In this document: piece after piece, positions 17,508-28,951 of the stretch
Layout: each line of letters opens with the position of its first letter
Position numbering within the stretch: position 1 is the stretch's first letter
From: Kiritimatiellia bacterium
GTDB lineage: Bacteria > Verrucomicrobiota > Kiritimatiellia > RFP12 > JBMNHG01
Assembly (NCBI GenBank): GCA_050950285.1
Contig: JBMNHG010000006.1
Location: forward strand, 479,167-535,944
Length of the DNA stretch: 56,778 nt
Direction: 5' to 3'
Position numbers and translations under genes: made by a program
Notes under the pieces: generated by a model
What the model saw: the letters and a program-made list of their open reading frames with translations, nothing else
What the model was told of the DNA's origin: nothing
Database searches by the model: none

Positions 17508-18788
17508 ATGCTGGACATCAAGAAAATCCGCGAACAACCCGAAGAAACGCGCGAGGCGCTCCGCCGCCGCGGCGATTTCGATGCGCTCGTCGACGCCGTT
17601 CTCGACCTCGACCGCCGGCGCCGCTCCGCGCAGGCCGCCGCCGACGAACTGAAAACCCGCCGCAACAGCCTCTCCAAGGAGATCGGCGCACGCCGCAAGC
17701 GCGGCGAGGACACCGAGGCCGGCCAGGCCGAAGTCCGCGCCATCGGCGGCCGGATCGCCGAGCTCGACCGCACCTCCGCCGAGGTCGAATCCGAACTCCG
17801 CGACACCCTCCTCCGCATCCCGAACCTCCCCCACCCGTCCATCCCCACCGGCCCCGACGCCTCCTGCAACCGCGTGGCCCGCGTCGTCGGAGAGGAACGC
17901 ACCTTCGACTTCGAGCCGCTCGACCACATCGCCCTCGGCGAAGCGCTCGGCATTTTCGACTTCCCGCGCGGCGTGAAGATCGCCGGCACCGGATTCCCCA
18001 TCCTCCTCGGCCAGGGAGCCAGGCTCCAGCGCGCGCTCATCCAGTACATGCTGGACCTCCACTGCACCGCGCACGGCTACACCGAAATGCTGCCGCCCTT
18101 CATCGTGAACCCCGACTCCATGACCGGCACGGGGCAGCTCCCGAAGTTCGCCGAGGACCTCTACCATTGCCAGCTCGACGACTTCTGGCTGATCCCCACC
18201 GCCGAAGTGCCCGTCACCAACTACCATCGCGACGACATCCTCGACGCGAAGGCCCTGCCCATCAAACTCACCGCCTACACCCCCTGCTTCCGCCGCGAGG
18301 CCGGATCCGCCGGCAAGATGACGCGCGGCCTGCTGCGGGTGCACCAGTTCGACAAGGTGGAGATGGTGAACTTCACCTCCCCGGAGACCTCGTACGGGCA
18401 ACTGGAAATCCTCGTGGGCGAAGCCGAAGCCATCCTCTCCGGCCTGGGGCTGCACTACCGCGTGCTCGAACTGTGCTCGGGCGACATGGGCTTCTCCGCC
18501 GCGAAGTGCTACGACCTCGAACTCTGGGCCCCCGGCACCAAGGCCTGGCTGGAGGTCTCCTCCTGCTCGAACTTCGAGGACTACCAGGCCCGCCGCGCCA
18601 ACATCCGCACCCGCGGCGAGGACGGCAAACTGCGCTTCGTCCACACCCTGAACGGCTCCGGCGTGGCCCTCCCCCGCCTGATGGTCGCCATCCTGGAGAA
18701 CGGCCAGCAGGCCGACGGAACCATCCTCCTCCCGCCTGCGATCGTGCCGTACATGGGCGGCATCGACCGCCTCGTCCCCGTCGCCTGA
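17508..18788 (+). CDS. serS: Serine--tRNA ligase
   Basis: MLDIKKIRE, GTGQLPKF, IPTAEVP, FRREAG..RGLLRVHQFDKVE, EVSSCSN..YQARR, HTLNGSG. Confidence 0.97.
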   Translation: MLDIKKIREQPEETREALRRRGDFDALVDAVLDLDRRRRSAQAAADELKTRRNSLSKEIGARRKRGEDTEAGQAEVRAIGGRIAELDRTSAEVESELRDTLLRIPNLPHPSIPTGPDASCNRVARVVGEERTFDFEPLDHIALGEALGIFDFPRGVKIAGTGFPILLGQGARLQRALIQYMLDLHCTAHGYTEMLPPFIVNPDSMTGTGQLPKFAEDLYHCQLDDFWLIPTAEVPVTNYHRDDILDAKALPIKLTAYTPCFRREAGSAGKMTRGLLRVHQFDKVEMVNFTSPETSYGQLEILVGEAEAILSGLGLHYRVLELCSGDMGFSAAKCYDLELWAPGTKAWLEVSSCSNFEDYQARRANIRTRGEDGKLRFVHTLNGSGVALPRLMVAILENGQQADGTILLPPAIVPYMGGIDRLVPVA

Positions 18789-18833
18789 CGCGGACCCGGA
18801 GCGAGGCCCGCGCATCCCCCGGAAACGGGGCGC

Positions 18834-20033
18834 CTACCCGGCCAGCGCCTGCAGCAGGCGGCGCGTCACGACGTCGGGACTGTAGTTGCGGCGGACGAAT
18901 TCCCGGCCGTTCCCGCCGAGACGGCGCGCCGTTTCCGGATGATCCAGCAGGAACTCGAGGCACTCGGCGAACTCCGGGTAGTCGCGGAACCAAAGGCCGC
19001 CCTGCGCGGCACGGCACTGGTGGCGCAACACCTCCCCCGAAGCGTGGACGAGACAGGGCGTGCCGTTCTGCCAGGCTTCGAGAAGCACGATGCCCAGGCT
19101 CTCGTTCACCGACGGGTGGCAGAAGGCCACGGCCCGCGCCATCACGGCGCGCTTTTCCTCTTCCGTCACGTAGCCGAGGTCGATGAGGTGCGACGCCATG
19201 CCGGACGGCACATCCACGGGGCCGCTGCCCGTGAGCACCAGCTTCACGTCGCGCCCGGCGAGCGTGCGGAAGGCCGCCCAGTAGTCGAGCAGGAGCGGCG
19301 TGCCCTTGAGCGGCTCGCGGCGCCCGCTGTAGAGGATGTAGGGGCCGACCCCCTCCAGCACGGCCGGGAGCGGCGGCACGGGCCCCTCGGGCTCCGGCAT
19401 CGCAAAGCCCACGACCGCGGCGGGCCGCGACGGCGCCCCGCCCGCGCCGAAGACCTCCGGGAAGAGGCGCGCCGCAAGCTGCCGCTCGGGCTCGGTGTTG
19501 AAGAGGAAGGAGCGCGCCGCCGCGAAGACCTTCCCGACGCGGCGCATGCGGGCGAAGGGCTCGTCGTGCAGGCAGGGCAGAAGCACGAAACGATCGCCCG
19601 CGGCGCGCGAGGCCATGTCGGTAAGGCCGAACAGATAGGGCCCGGCCACCACGCGGTCGTAGCGCGCGCCGCCGGGCCCGCGCAGATGCGCCTCCATCGC
19701 GGCGCTGTTCACGCCGCCGCGCATCCAGGCGTCCTCCTGCTCGTCGGTCACGGGCCACCCCGCGCTGATTGCCTCCTGCACGCGCAGGAACCCCTCCACG
19801 TCGCGCCGTTCGTCCACGGGGAACCGGATCGCGCGCAACCCGTCCACATCGAGTTCGCCGGGAGGGGCGTCGTTCTCCCACGACACATGGCTCTTCGCGC
19901 AGGTGGTGAGGAAGGTCGCGTCCAGCCCCGCCGCATGGGCCAGCCGCGCAAGGTTGAGCAGCAAGGTCTCCGCGCCGCCCACGGCCCCGCCGAGGGGAAG
20001 ACGAGGAGCGATGAAGGCAACGGAAAGGCTCAT
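18834..20033 (-). CDS. Glycosyltransferase family 4
   Basis: GGAETL, GRREPLKG, PSVNESLGIVLLEAW (Ex7E motif). Confidence 0.9.
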   Translation of the reverse strand: MSLSVAFIAPRLPLGGAVGGAETLLLNLARLAHAAGLDATFLTTCAKSHVSWENDAPPGELDVDGLRAIRFPVDERRDVEGFLRVQEAISAGWPVTDEQEDAWMRGGVNSAAMEAHLRGPGGARYDRVVAGPYLFGLTDMASRAAGDRFVLLPCLHDEPFARMRRVGKVFAAARSFLFNTEPERQLAARLFPEVFGAGGAPSRPAAVVGFAMPEPEGPVPPLPAVLEGVGPYILYSGRREPLKGTPLLLDYWAAFRTLAGRDVKLVLTGSGPVDVPSGMASHLIDLGYVTEEEKRAVMARAVAFCHPSVNESLGIVLLEAWQNGTPCLVHASGEVLRHQCRAAQGGLWFRDYPEFAECLEFLLDHPETARRLGGNGREFVRRNYSPDVVTRRLLQALAG

Positions 20034-20070
20034 GGGAAACCGCCGGTACAGGGTTGCTGGGGATGCGCCG

Positions 20071-20547
20071 TCACCTGCGGGATCCGTGCGGGGACTCCGC
20101 CCCGCGGCGTTCTGCCTCGAGGGCCGCGACGCGCTCCTCCAACGAGCGGATGCGGGCGCGGGCGCGCTGGTCGGCAATCTCGAAGGCGGCGAGCAGCATC
20201 CCGTTCACCTGGTTCTGCTGCGACCAAAGACGGTAGGTGTAGAAGCGGAGGAGCGACCAGACCGCCTTCTTGAACTTTTTGAGAAGCGGGGCGAAGCGCG
20301 CGCGGCGCTCGACAATCTCGAAGTCGTTGATGTCCACGACCACCGCCTGGCGGAGACAGGAGAGGTAGCGCTCGAGGAACTGCTCGTCGTCCGCGAGATT
20401 CGAAAGGTTGTAGCGCTCGGCGCGAGCCACGGAAGCCTCGTCATAGAAGCCCTGGTTGCGACGCTCTTCCACGCGCTTGCGAATCCGCTCCACAAGCGCA
20501 TCCACATCCACGCCGTCGGCGCCGATGGTCATTGCGGGTTCTGCCAT
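20071..20547 (-). CDS. Hypothetical coiled-coil protein upstream of the GT4 gene
   Basis: Clean ORF with RBS (GAGGT), VDVDALVERIR N-terminus, C-terminal heptads. Confidence 0.75.
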   Translation of the reverse strand: MAEPAMTIGADGVDVDALVERIRKRVEERRNQGFYDEASVARAERYNLSNLADDEQFLERYLSCLRQAVVVDINDFEIVERRARFAPLLKKFKKAVWSLLRFYTYRLWSQQNQVNGMLLAAFEIADQRARARIRSLEERVAALEAERRGAESPHGSRR

Positions 20548-20638
20548 GGTCGATGTACCTCTCGTTGGTGCGGGCAGTATAGCACGGCTTGTCCGCAGCG
20601 TAAATCACGGCGCACCGACCACAGGAGACCGCCATCCC

Positions 20639-23600
20639 TCACTCGCCGGTGATCATGAAGAAGCGGCAGGGTGAGCTTGGCGGGCAGGGCGTCCCCTGGG
20701 GGCCGAGGTCGGTCCAGGCGGGGTCGGCCAGGTTCTGCTTGCCCCATTGCTTGTAGTCCTTCGCGGAGGGGATGCCCGCGGCGGGGATCTTGTGCACGAC
20801 CGCGTTTCCGTTCCCGTCGAAGGTGATGTAGGCGAGGATGGCTGTGGGCACGACGTCCGGATCGGCGGGGTTGAGTCCGAGCAGGACCAGTTCCCAGACC
20901 TTGTAGGCGGCCGCGGCGGCGGCGCCGACGGCGTAGGCCTCGACCTCGTCGGGGGTCGCCTGGCTGATCTCGCCGGGGTAGAAGGGCGCGAGCGCGTCGA
21001 CGCTGATGCTGACGGGCGTCGTGCGCGTGGCGGTGAACGGGCTCCAGCGGGCGTAGAGCGTGGTCAGGGCAAGTTCCACCGTGTTGGTGGGATAGATGCG
21101 GTTGTCCACCTTGTTCTGGATGTCCTCCAGCGTATTGGTGGGCGTCCGGTACCAGCCGAGAAAAGCATGCAGCGGGCGCGTGGCCTGGGGAAGCGAGGCA
21201 TAGGTGCCGTTGGTCGACACGAGGACGGTTTGCGTGATTCCGTCGTATTGATAGTCGAGCGTGACGGCCATGGCGCCCAATATGAAGACATACGCGCTGC
21301 CCTGCTCCTTGGCCACTCCTCCCAAAGCGTCCAGGCCGTCTGCCCCGTCCGCGCCGACGAGGGCGGTGTCGCCGGAGAGCGCCACCGAGACGCCGAAATG
21401 GGCATCGTCCGCGCCGTCCGGGGCGGCGAGCTTGGCCTGCTGCGTCCAGATGCCGCCTGAGCGGGTGAAGACGTAGGCGCTGCCGGAATCGTCGCCGTTG
21501 TCGCTGTCATAGCGCGCGCCGACGAGGGCGGTGTCGCCGGAGAGCGCCACCGAACAGCCGAAATTGTCATAGGCCGCGCCGTCCGAGGCGGTGAGCTTGG
21601 CCTGCTGCGTCCAGTTCGTGCCATCACGGGTGAAGACGTAGGCGCTGCCGGAATAGTAACCCTTGTCGCCGTCCCAGCCCGCGCCGACAAGGGCGGTGTC
21701 GCCGTCGAGCGCGACCGACCAGCCGAAACAGTCGTCGTACGCGCCGTCCGAGGCGGTGAGCTTGGCCTGCTGGCTCCACGCTGTGCCGGAGCGGGTGAAG
21801 ACGTAGGCGCTGCCGGAATAGTCACCCTTGTCGTCGTCCCAGTACGCGCCGACGAGGGCGGTGTCGCCGTCGAGCGCGACCGAGCAGCCGAAATATTCCC
21901 AGGCCGCGCCGTCCGGGGCGGTAAGCTTGGCCTGCTGCGTCCACGTTGTGTCGTTTCGGGTAAAGACGTAGACGCTGCCGGAATCGGCGCCCTTGTCGTC
22001 GTCCCCGTACGCGCCGACGAGGGCGGTGTCGCCCGAGAGCGCGACCGAACGGCCGAACCAGTCTTCGGCCGCGCCGTCGCTTGCAATGAGTTTGGCCTGC
22101 TGTGACCACGTTGTGCCGTCGCGGGTGAAGACGTAGGCGCTGCCGGACTCGGAGCCCTTGACGTCGTCCCCGTCCGCGCCGACGAGGGCGGTGTCGCCGT
22201 GGAGTGCCACCGAGCCGCCGAACCAGTCCTCGTCCGCGCCGTCCGGGGCGGTGAGCTTGGCCTGCCGCGTCCAGATGCCGCCTGAGCGGGTGAAGACGTA
22301 GGCGCTGCCGGAATCGGTGCCGTTGTCGTCATCACGGTACGTGCCAACGAGGGCAGTGTCGCCGTCGAGCGCGACCGGCCAGCCGAAACAGTCGCCGACC
22401 GCGCTGTCACCCGCAGAGAGCTTGGCCTGCTGGGCCCAGTTCGTCTCCGAACGGGTGAAGATGCAGGCGCTGCCGGAATCGTCGCCGTTGTCGTCGTCCC
22501 CGTACGCGCCGACGAGGGCGGTGTCGCCGGAGAGCGCCACCGAACAGCCGAAATAGTCGTTGTACGCGCCGTCCGCGGCGGCGAGCTTGGACTGCTGCGT
22601 CCAGGTGCCGCCGGAGCGGGTGAAGATGTAGGCGCTGCCGGAATCGTAGCAGCTGCCGTCGCCGGAGAGCGCACCGACGAGGGCGGTGCCGCCGTCGAGC
22701 GCCACCGAATAGCCGAAATAGTCGTAGGCCGCGCCGTCGGCGGCGGTAAGCTTGGCCTGCTGGATCCAGTTCGTGTCCGAACGGGTGAAGACGTAGGCGC
22801 TGCCGGAAGCGGTGCCGTCCCCGTACGCGCCGACGAGGGCGGTGCCGCCGGAGAGCGCCACCGACCAGCCGAAACAGGTATAGGCCGCCGCGCCATCGCC
22901 CGCTGTAAGCTTGGCCTGCTGGGGCCACGCTGTGCCGGAGCGGGTGAAGACGTAGGCGCTGCCGGAATTGGAACCCTTGTCGTCGTCCTGATACGCGCCG
23001 ACGAGGGCGGTGTCGCCGGAGAGCGCGACCGAGTAGCCGAAATAGTCTTCGGCCGCGCCGTCGGCGGCGGTGAGCTTGGCCTGCTGGCTCCAGTTCGTGT
23101 CCGAACGGATGAAGACGTAGGCGCTGCCGGAATTGGAGCCCTTGTCGTCGTCATAGGGCGCGCCGACGAGGGCGGTGTCGCCGTCGAGCGCGACCGAAAG
23201 CCGAAATAGTCATAGGCCGCGCCGTCCGAGGCGGCGAGCTTGGCCTGCTGCGTCCAGTTCGTGCCATCGCGGGTGAAGACGTAGGCGCTGCCGGAATCGT
23301 AACCCTTGTCGCCGTCTCCGTACGCGCCGACGAGGGCGGTGCCGCCGGAGAGCGCGACCGAGCGGCCGAAACAATCGTCTTCCATGCCGTCCGAGGCGGT
23401 AAGCTTGGCCTGCAGGGACCAGGCGGTGCCTGAGCGGGTGAAGACGTAGGCGCTGCCGGAATCGGCGCCCTTGTCGTCGTCCTGATACGCGCCGACGAGG
23501 GCGGTGTCGCCGGAGAGCGCGACCGAGTAGCCGAAACAATCTTCAGCCGCGCCGTCGCCGGTCACCTCCGGCCCCAGCTTGGCCTGCTGCGCGGTGATAA

Positions 23601-24363
23601 ACGGATCGATCGTGACGGGATAGCGCGCCCCGGCGTCGGCCACGACGAGGACGACGGCGCCGTCCCCGACCTCCATGCGCGACGCCAGCACCCGGCCGTC
23701 GGCGTCCCACGCCTTGAGCTTGGCATACCGCAGGAGAACGTTCCCCTGCCCGTCGGCCAGTTCGGCCGCGTCGCCATCGCTCGAGAGCCTGGGCTGGAGT
23801 CCGCCGACCGCCACCCGCAGCCGCACGTCGGGGCCCGCCCCGGCGGGGCGCGTCTTCAGGATGAAGCCGTGCTCGACGCCTCCGGCCTGGTTGTCGTACC
23901 ATTCGATGAGGCTGCCGCGATCGTATTCCATGCGCGTGCCGCGGCAGACGACAGCGGCAGGCTGCCCCGCGGCGCCGTCCAGCGCGAAGGAGGCCCGCCA
24001 CGCCGCGTTCGTGCCGGACGGGGCGACGCTCACGGCGTTTGGCATGAAGCGGACCGCGAGCCTCTGCCCCGGGTTGTGCGCGCGCAGCAGCGCGCCGTCC
24101 GCAGCGTCGCCGGCGGCGCCGATTTCGCGGCGGGCTTCGGAGAGCGCGGCCCAGAGGGACTGGCTGTCCGCCGCCGATAGGTTCGCGGTCCGGAACGCGC
24201 CGGGGGCGGACGTTTCCGGTTCACTTGTCCCTGAAGCGGGACACGCCAGCGCCAGCGCCTCGCTTGGCAGGGGTTTGTCCAGAGACACGACGGGCGACTC
24301 GACCCGCGCACACAGATGGCCCGCGGCCACCATCAGCCCGACTGCACCAGCGATGATCCTCAT
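20639..24363 (-). CDS. FG-GAP repeat surface protein, copy B (14 repeats, InlB-B-like repeat, conserved C-terminal domain); one -1 frameshift near 23197
   Basis: Signal peptide [20 protein letters not shown]-domain ending YPVTIDP; repeats [16 protein letters not shown]; joins ORFs 21064..24459 and 20639..22861; cgaaagccg instead of cgaatagccg at the break. Confidence 0.85.
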
Positions 24364-24429
24364 GCGTCCCGCCTTTCCCTTTGCAGATGGCGACTTCCAT
24401 CCATGCCATTCCATTGGAACGGCTTTCGA

Positions 24430-24459
24430 GTTATAAAGGTGCTTGCAGAACCTCTGCAA
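24430..24459 (-). promoter_or_regulatory. Putative promoter of FG-GAP copy B with overlapping palindrome
   Basis: TTGCAG-18 nt-TATAAC; TTGCAGA-ggt-TCTGCAA inverted repeat over the -35 box. Confidence 0.4.
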
Positions 24460-24557
24460 ACGCCATGTGCCACGTTTCTAATTTTATGATGCCTGACGCA
24501 GTCCACGAAGTCAATTGCCAAGCTTGGTGCCACAGCCGCACAGGAGACCGCCATCCC

Positions 24558-27500
24558 TCACTCGCCGGTGATCTTGAAGAAGCGGTAGGGTTGGCTTGGC
24601 GGGCAAGGCGTCCCCTGGGCTCCGAGGTCGGTCCAGGCGGGGTCGGCCAGGTTCTGCTTGCCCCATTGCTTGTAGATCGTCGCGGAGGGGATGCCTACTG
24701 CGGGGATCTTGTGCACGACCGCGTCTCCGCTCCCGTCGAAGGTGATGTAGGCGAGGATGGCTGTGGGCACGACGGCCGGATCGGTGGGGTCGAGTCCGAG
24801 CAGGATCAGTTCCCAGACCTTGTAGGCGGCCGCGGCGGCGTTGCCGCTGGCGTAGGCCTCGACCTCGTCGGGGGTCGCCTGGCTGATCTCGCCGGGGTAG
24901 AAGGGCGCGAGCGCGGTGACTCTGATGCTGATGGGCGTTGTGCGCGTGGCGGTGAACGGACTCCAGCGGGCGTAGAGCGTGGCGAGGGCACGCTCCACCG
25001 TGTTGGTGGGATAGATGCGGTTGTCCACCTCGTTCTGGATGTCCTCCAGTGTGTTGGTGGGCGTCCGGTACCAGCCGAGAAAAGTATGCAGCGGGCGCGT
25101 GGCCGAGGGAAGCGAGGCATAGGTGCCGCTGGTCTGCAAGATGAGGGTGTTCGTGATTCCGCCGTATTGATAGTCGAGCGTGACGGTTATGTCATCCACC
25201 AGCGTGAAAACATACGCGCTGCCCTGATCCGCAGCCGCGCCGCCTAAAGCGTCCAGACCGTCGTCCTCGTACGCGCCGACGAGGGCGGTGTCGCCGGAGA
25301 GCGCCACCGACCAGCCGAAATAGTCTCTTTTCGCGCCGTCGTCCGCAATGAGCTTGGCCTGTTGCGTCCACGTTGTGCCATCGCGGGTGAAGACGTAGGC
25401 GCTGCCGGAATCGGTGCCCTTGTCGTCGTCCGCGTACGCGCCGACGAGGGCGATGTCGCCGGAGAGCGCGACCGAAGTGCCGAACCAGTCGCTCAGTCCG
25501 CGCCGTCGTCTGCAATGAGCTTGGCCTGCTGCGTCCAGTTCGTGCCATCACGGGTGAAGACGTAGGCGCTGCCGGAATCGGCGCCCTTGTCGTCGTCTCC
25601 GCTACGCGCCGACGAGGGCGGTGTCGCCGTCGAGCGCCACCGAACAGCCGAAACAGTCGTATTCCGCGCCGTCGCCCGCGGTGAGCTTGGCCTGCTGCGT
25701 CCAGGTGCCGCCGGAGCGGGTGAAGACGTAGGCGCTGCCGGAATCGGTGCCGTTGTCGTCGTCCCAGAACGCGCCGACGAGGGCGGTGTCGCCGTCGAGC
25801 GCGACCGAGCAGCCGAAATAGTCCTCGTCCGCGCCGTCCGAGGCGGTAAGCTTGGCCTGCTGCGTCCAGGTGCTGCCGGAGCGGGCGAAGACGTAGGCGC
25901 TGCCGGAATCGGTGCCCTTGTCGTCGTCCCCGTCCACGCCGACGAGGGCGGTGTCGCCGGAGAGCGCGACCGAGCAGCCGAACCGGTCGTCGTCCGCGCC
26001 GTCTGCGCCGGTGAGCTTGGCCTGCTGGGTCCACGCTGTGCCGGAGCGGGTGAAGACGTAGGCGCTGCCGGAAGCGGCGCCGTTGTCGTCGTCAAGGTAC
26101 GCGCCGACGAGGGCGGTGTCGCCGGAGAGCGCGACCGACCAGCCGAAATAGTCGTAGGCCGCGCCGTCGTCCGCGGTGAGCTTGGCCTGCCGCGTCCAGG
26201 TGCCGCCGGAGCGGATGAAGACGTAGGCGCTGCCGGAATTGTCGCCGTTGTCGTCGTCCCCGTACGCGCCGACGAGGGCGGTGTCGCCGGAGAGCGCGAC
26301 CGAAGTGCCGAACCAGTCGGCGGTCGCGCTGTCACCTGCGGAGAGCTTGGCCTGCTGGGCCCAGTTCGTGTCCGAACGGGTGAAGACACAGGCGCTGCCG
26401 GAAGCGGCGCCGTTGTCGCTGTCCCCGTACGCGCCGACGAGGGCGGTGCCGCTGCAGAGCGCGACCGAACAGCCGAACCAGTCGCCGTCCGCGCCGTCCG
26501 CGGCGGCGAGCTTGGCCTGCTGCGTCCAGGTGCCGCCGGAGCGGGTGAAGACGTAGGCGCTGCCGGAAGCGTAGCCGTTGTCGTCGTCAAGGTACGCGCC
26601 GACGAGGGCGGTGTCGCCATCGAGCGCAACCGAACAGCCGAAATTGTCGCCGGCCGCGCCGTCCGCAGCGGCGAGCTTGTCCTGCTGGCTCCACGCTGTG
26701 CCGGAGCGGGTGAAGACGTAGGCGCTACCGGAATTGTAGCCGTTGTCGTCATCTCCGTACGCGCCGACGAAGGCGGTGTCGCCGGAGAGCGCCACCGAAT
26801 AGCCGAAGAAGTCGCCGGCCGCGCCGTCCGCGGCGGCGAGCTTGTCCTGCTGGCTCCACGCTGTGCCGGAGCGGGTGAAGACGTAGGCGCTGCCGGAAGC
26901 GGTGCCCTTGTCGCCGTCCCGGTACGCGCCGACGAGGGCGGTGCCGCCGTCGAGCGCGACCGAACAGCCGAACCAGTCGCCGTCCGCGCCGTCGCCCGCT
27001 GTGAGCTTGGCCTGTTGGCTCCACGCTGTGCCGGAGCGGATGAAGACGTAGGCGCTGCCGGAATCGGTGCCCTTGTCGTCGTCCCGGAACGCGCCGACGA
27101 GGGCGGTGCCGCCGTCGAGCGCAACCGAATAGCCGAACCAGTCGCCGTCCGCGCCGTCCGCGGCGGTGAGCTTGGCCTGCTGCGTCCAGGTGCCGCCGGA
27201 GCGGGTGAAGACGTAGGCGCTGCCGGAATTGTCGCCCTTGTCGTCGTCCCAGTACGCGCCGACGAGGGCGGTGTCGCCCGCGAGTGCCACCGAATAGCCG
27301 AAATAGTCCAAAGCCGCGCCGTCGGCGGCGGTGAGCTTGGCTTGCAGGGACCAGGCGGTGCCTGAGCGGGTGAAGACGTAGGCGCTGCCGGAATTGTCGC
27401 CCTTGTCGTCGTCCCCGTACGCGCCGACGAGGGCGGTGTCGCCGGAGAGCGCTACAGAAAAGCCGAGATCGTCGTTGGGCGCGCCGGTGCCGGTCACCTC

Positions 27501-28295
27501 CGGCCCCAGCTTGGCCTGCTGCGCGGTGATGAGCGGGTCGACCGTGACGGGATAGCGCGCCCCGGCGTCGGCCACGACGAGGACGACGGCGCCGTCCCCG
27601 ACCTCCATGCGCGACGCCAGCACCCGGCCGTCGGCGTCCCACGCCTTGAGCTGGGCGTACCGCAGGAGAACGTTCCCCTGCCCGTCGGCCAGTTCGGCCG
27701 CCTCGCCATCGCTCGATAGTCTGGGCTGGAGTCCGCCGACCGCCACCCGCAGCCGCACGTCGGGGCCCGCCCCGGCGGGGCGCGTCTTCAGGATGAAGCC
27801 GTGCTCGACGCCCCCGGCCTGGTTGTCGTACCACTCGATGAGGCTGCCGCGATCGTATTCCATGCGCGTGCCGCGGCAGACGACAGCGGCAGGCTGCCCC
27901 GTGGCGCCGTCCAGCGCGAAGGAGGCCTGCCACGCCGCGTTCGTGCCGGACGGGGCGACGCTCACGGCGTTTGGCATGAAGCGGACCGCGAGCCTCTGCC
28001 CCGGGTTGTGCGCGCGCAGCAGCGCGCCGTCCGCGGCGTCGCCGGCGGCCCCGATTTCGCGGCGGGCCTCGGAGAGCGCGGCCCAGAGGGACTGGCTTTC
28101 CGCCGCCGAGAGGTTCGCAGCCTGGAACGCGCCGGGGGCGGACGTCTCCGGCTCGCTTGTCCCTGAAGCGGGACACGCCAGCGCCAGCGCCTCGCTCGGC
28201 AGGGGGTTGTCCAGAGAGACGACGGGCGACTCGACCCGCGCACACAGATGGCCCGCGGCCACCATCAGCCCGATTGCACCAGCGATGATCCTCAT
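24558..28295 (-). CDS. FG-GAP repeat surface protein, copy A (14 repeats); two compensating insertions near 25602 (+1) and 25493 (+2)
   Basis: Same architecture as copy B; ORFs 25602..28640 and 24558..25307 are in the same frame, with ~110 nt out of frame between them. Confidence 0.85.
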
Positions 28296-28563
28296 GTGTC
28301 CCGCCTTTCTCCTTGCGGATGGAAACTTCTCGCCAATGCCATTCCATTGGAACAGCTTTCGAGTTACAAAGGCGCTTCCAGACTCCCCTGCAAACGCCAT
28401 GCGCCACGGTTCTGATTGTATGATGCCTGACGCAGCCCACGAAGTCAATTGCCAAGTTCCAGCCATTCCATGGGCGGGCTCGGTCAGGAATACGGGCATT
28501 GCGCCCCTCTCTCCATGGGGATAAAAAGGCGGCGTGCCGTTTTTCGGACGGCGGACTCCTCCC

Positions 28564-28779
28564 ATGAAACTCCTTCTGACAGAAGCCAAACGGCGTGAAC
28601 TGACCGACCGACCGCAACGGGCGTTGCTGTTCGAGACCATCTCGGCCTTCGGGCGCGCCCTGCTGGTGCTCGCGATGTTCGTCGGGAGAATCGGGCCGCT
28701 CGCGCTCGCCTTCTCGATCGGGAGCCGGCGAAGCGTCGCATCGCTCGCCTATCCCGAGGAAGACATAGCCGTCGGCTGA
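28564..28779 (+). pseudogene. C-terminal remnant of a KtrB/TrkH potassium uptake permease
   Basis: [26 protein letters not shown]...YPEEDIAVG matches the KtrB C-terminus but lacks the TVGLSxGxT pore loop and everything upstream. Confidence 0.75.
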
Positions 28780-28869
28780 CGAAGTCCGTTCGCGCATGGG
28801 CGGCGGCGTCCCCCCGCTTGTTCGAGCGGCCGGTTCGGATGTCGAGTCCTGGGGGCGGCCGGTTCCGGC

Positions 28870-28899
28870 TTGCCCGCGCCCCGTGGGCTCTGCTATGAT
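28870..28899 (+). promoter_or_regulatory. Sigma70-type promoter
   Basis: TTGCCC-18 nt-TATGAT with extended TG. Confidence 0.5.
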
Positions 28900-28951
28900 T
28901 CGGCCTCGTGGCGATCCAATGGGGGCGCCGGAACAAGAAAGCAGGTTTTGA

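Larger units (their letters stand above)
20620..28456. repeat. Tandem duplication of a ~3.9-kb unit (about 20620-24522 and 24540-28456), each with 14 internal ~165-nt repeats
   Basis: Shared ends cacaggagaccgccatccctcactcgccggtgatc and tgatgcctgacgcag.ccacgaagtcaattgccaag; near-identical N- and C-terminal coding regions. Confidence 0.92.

Noticed and set aside
20639..28295. Diversity-generating retroelement explanation for FG-GAP variation
   Set aside because: No reverse transcriptase or template repeat in the window, and differences are not evidently adenine-specific
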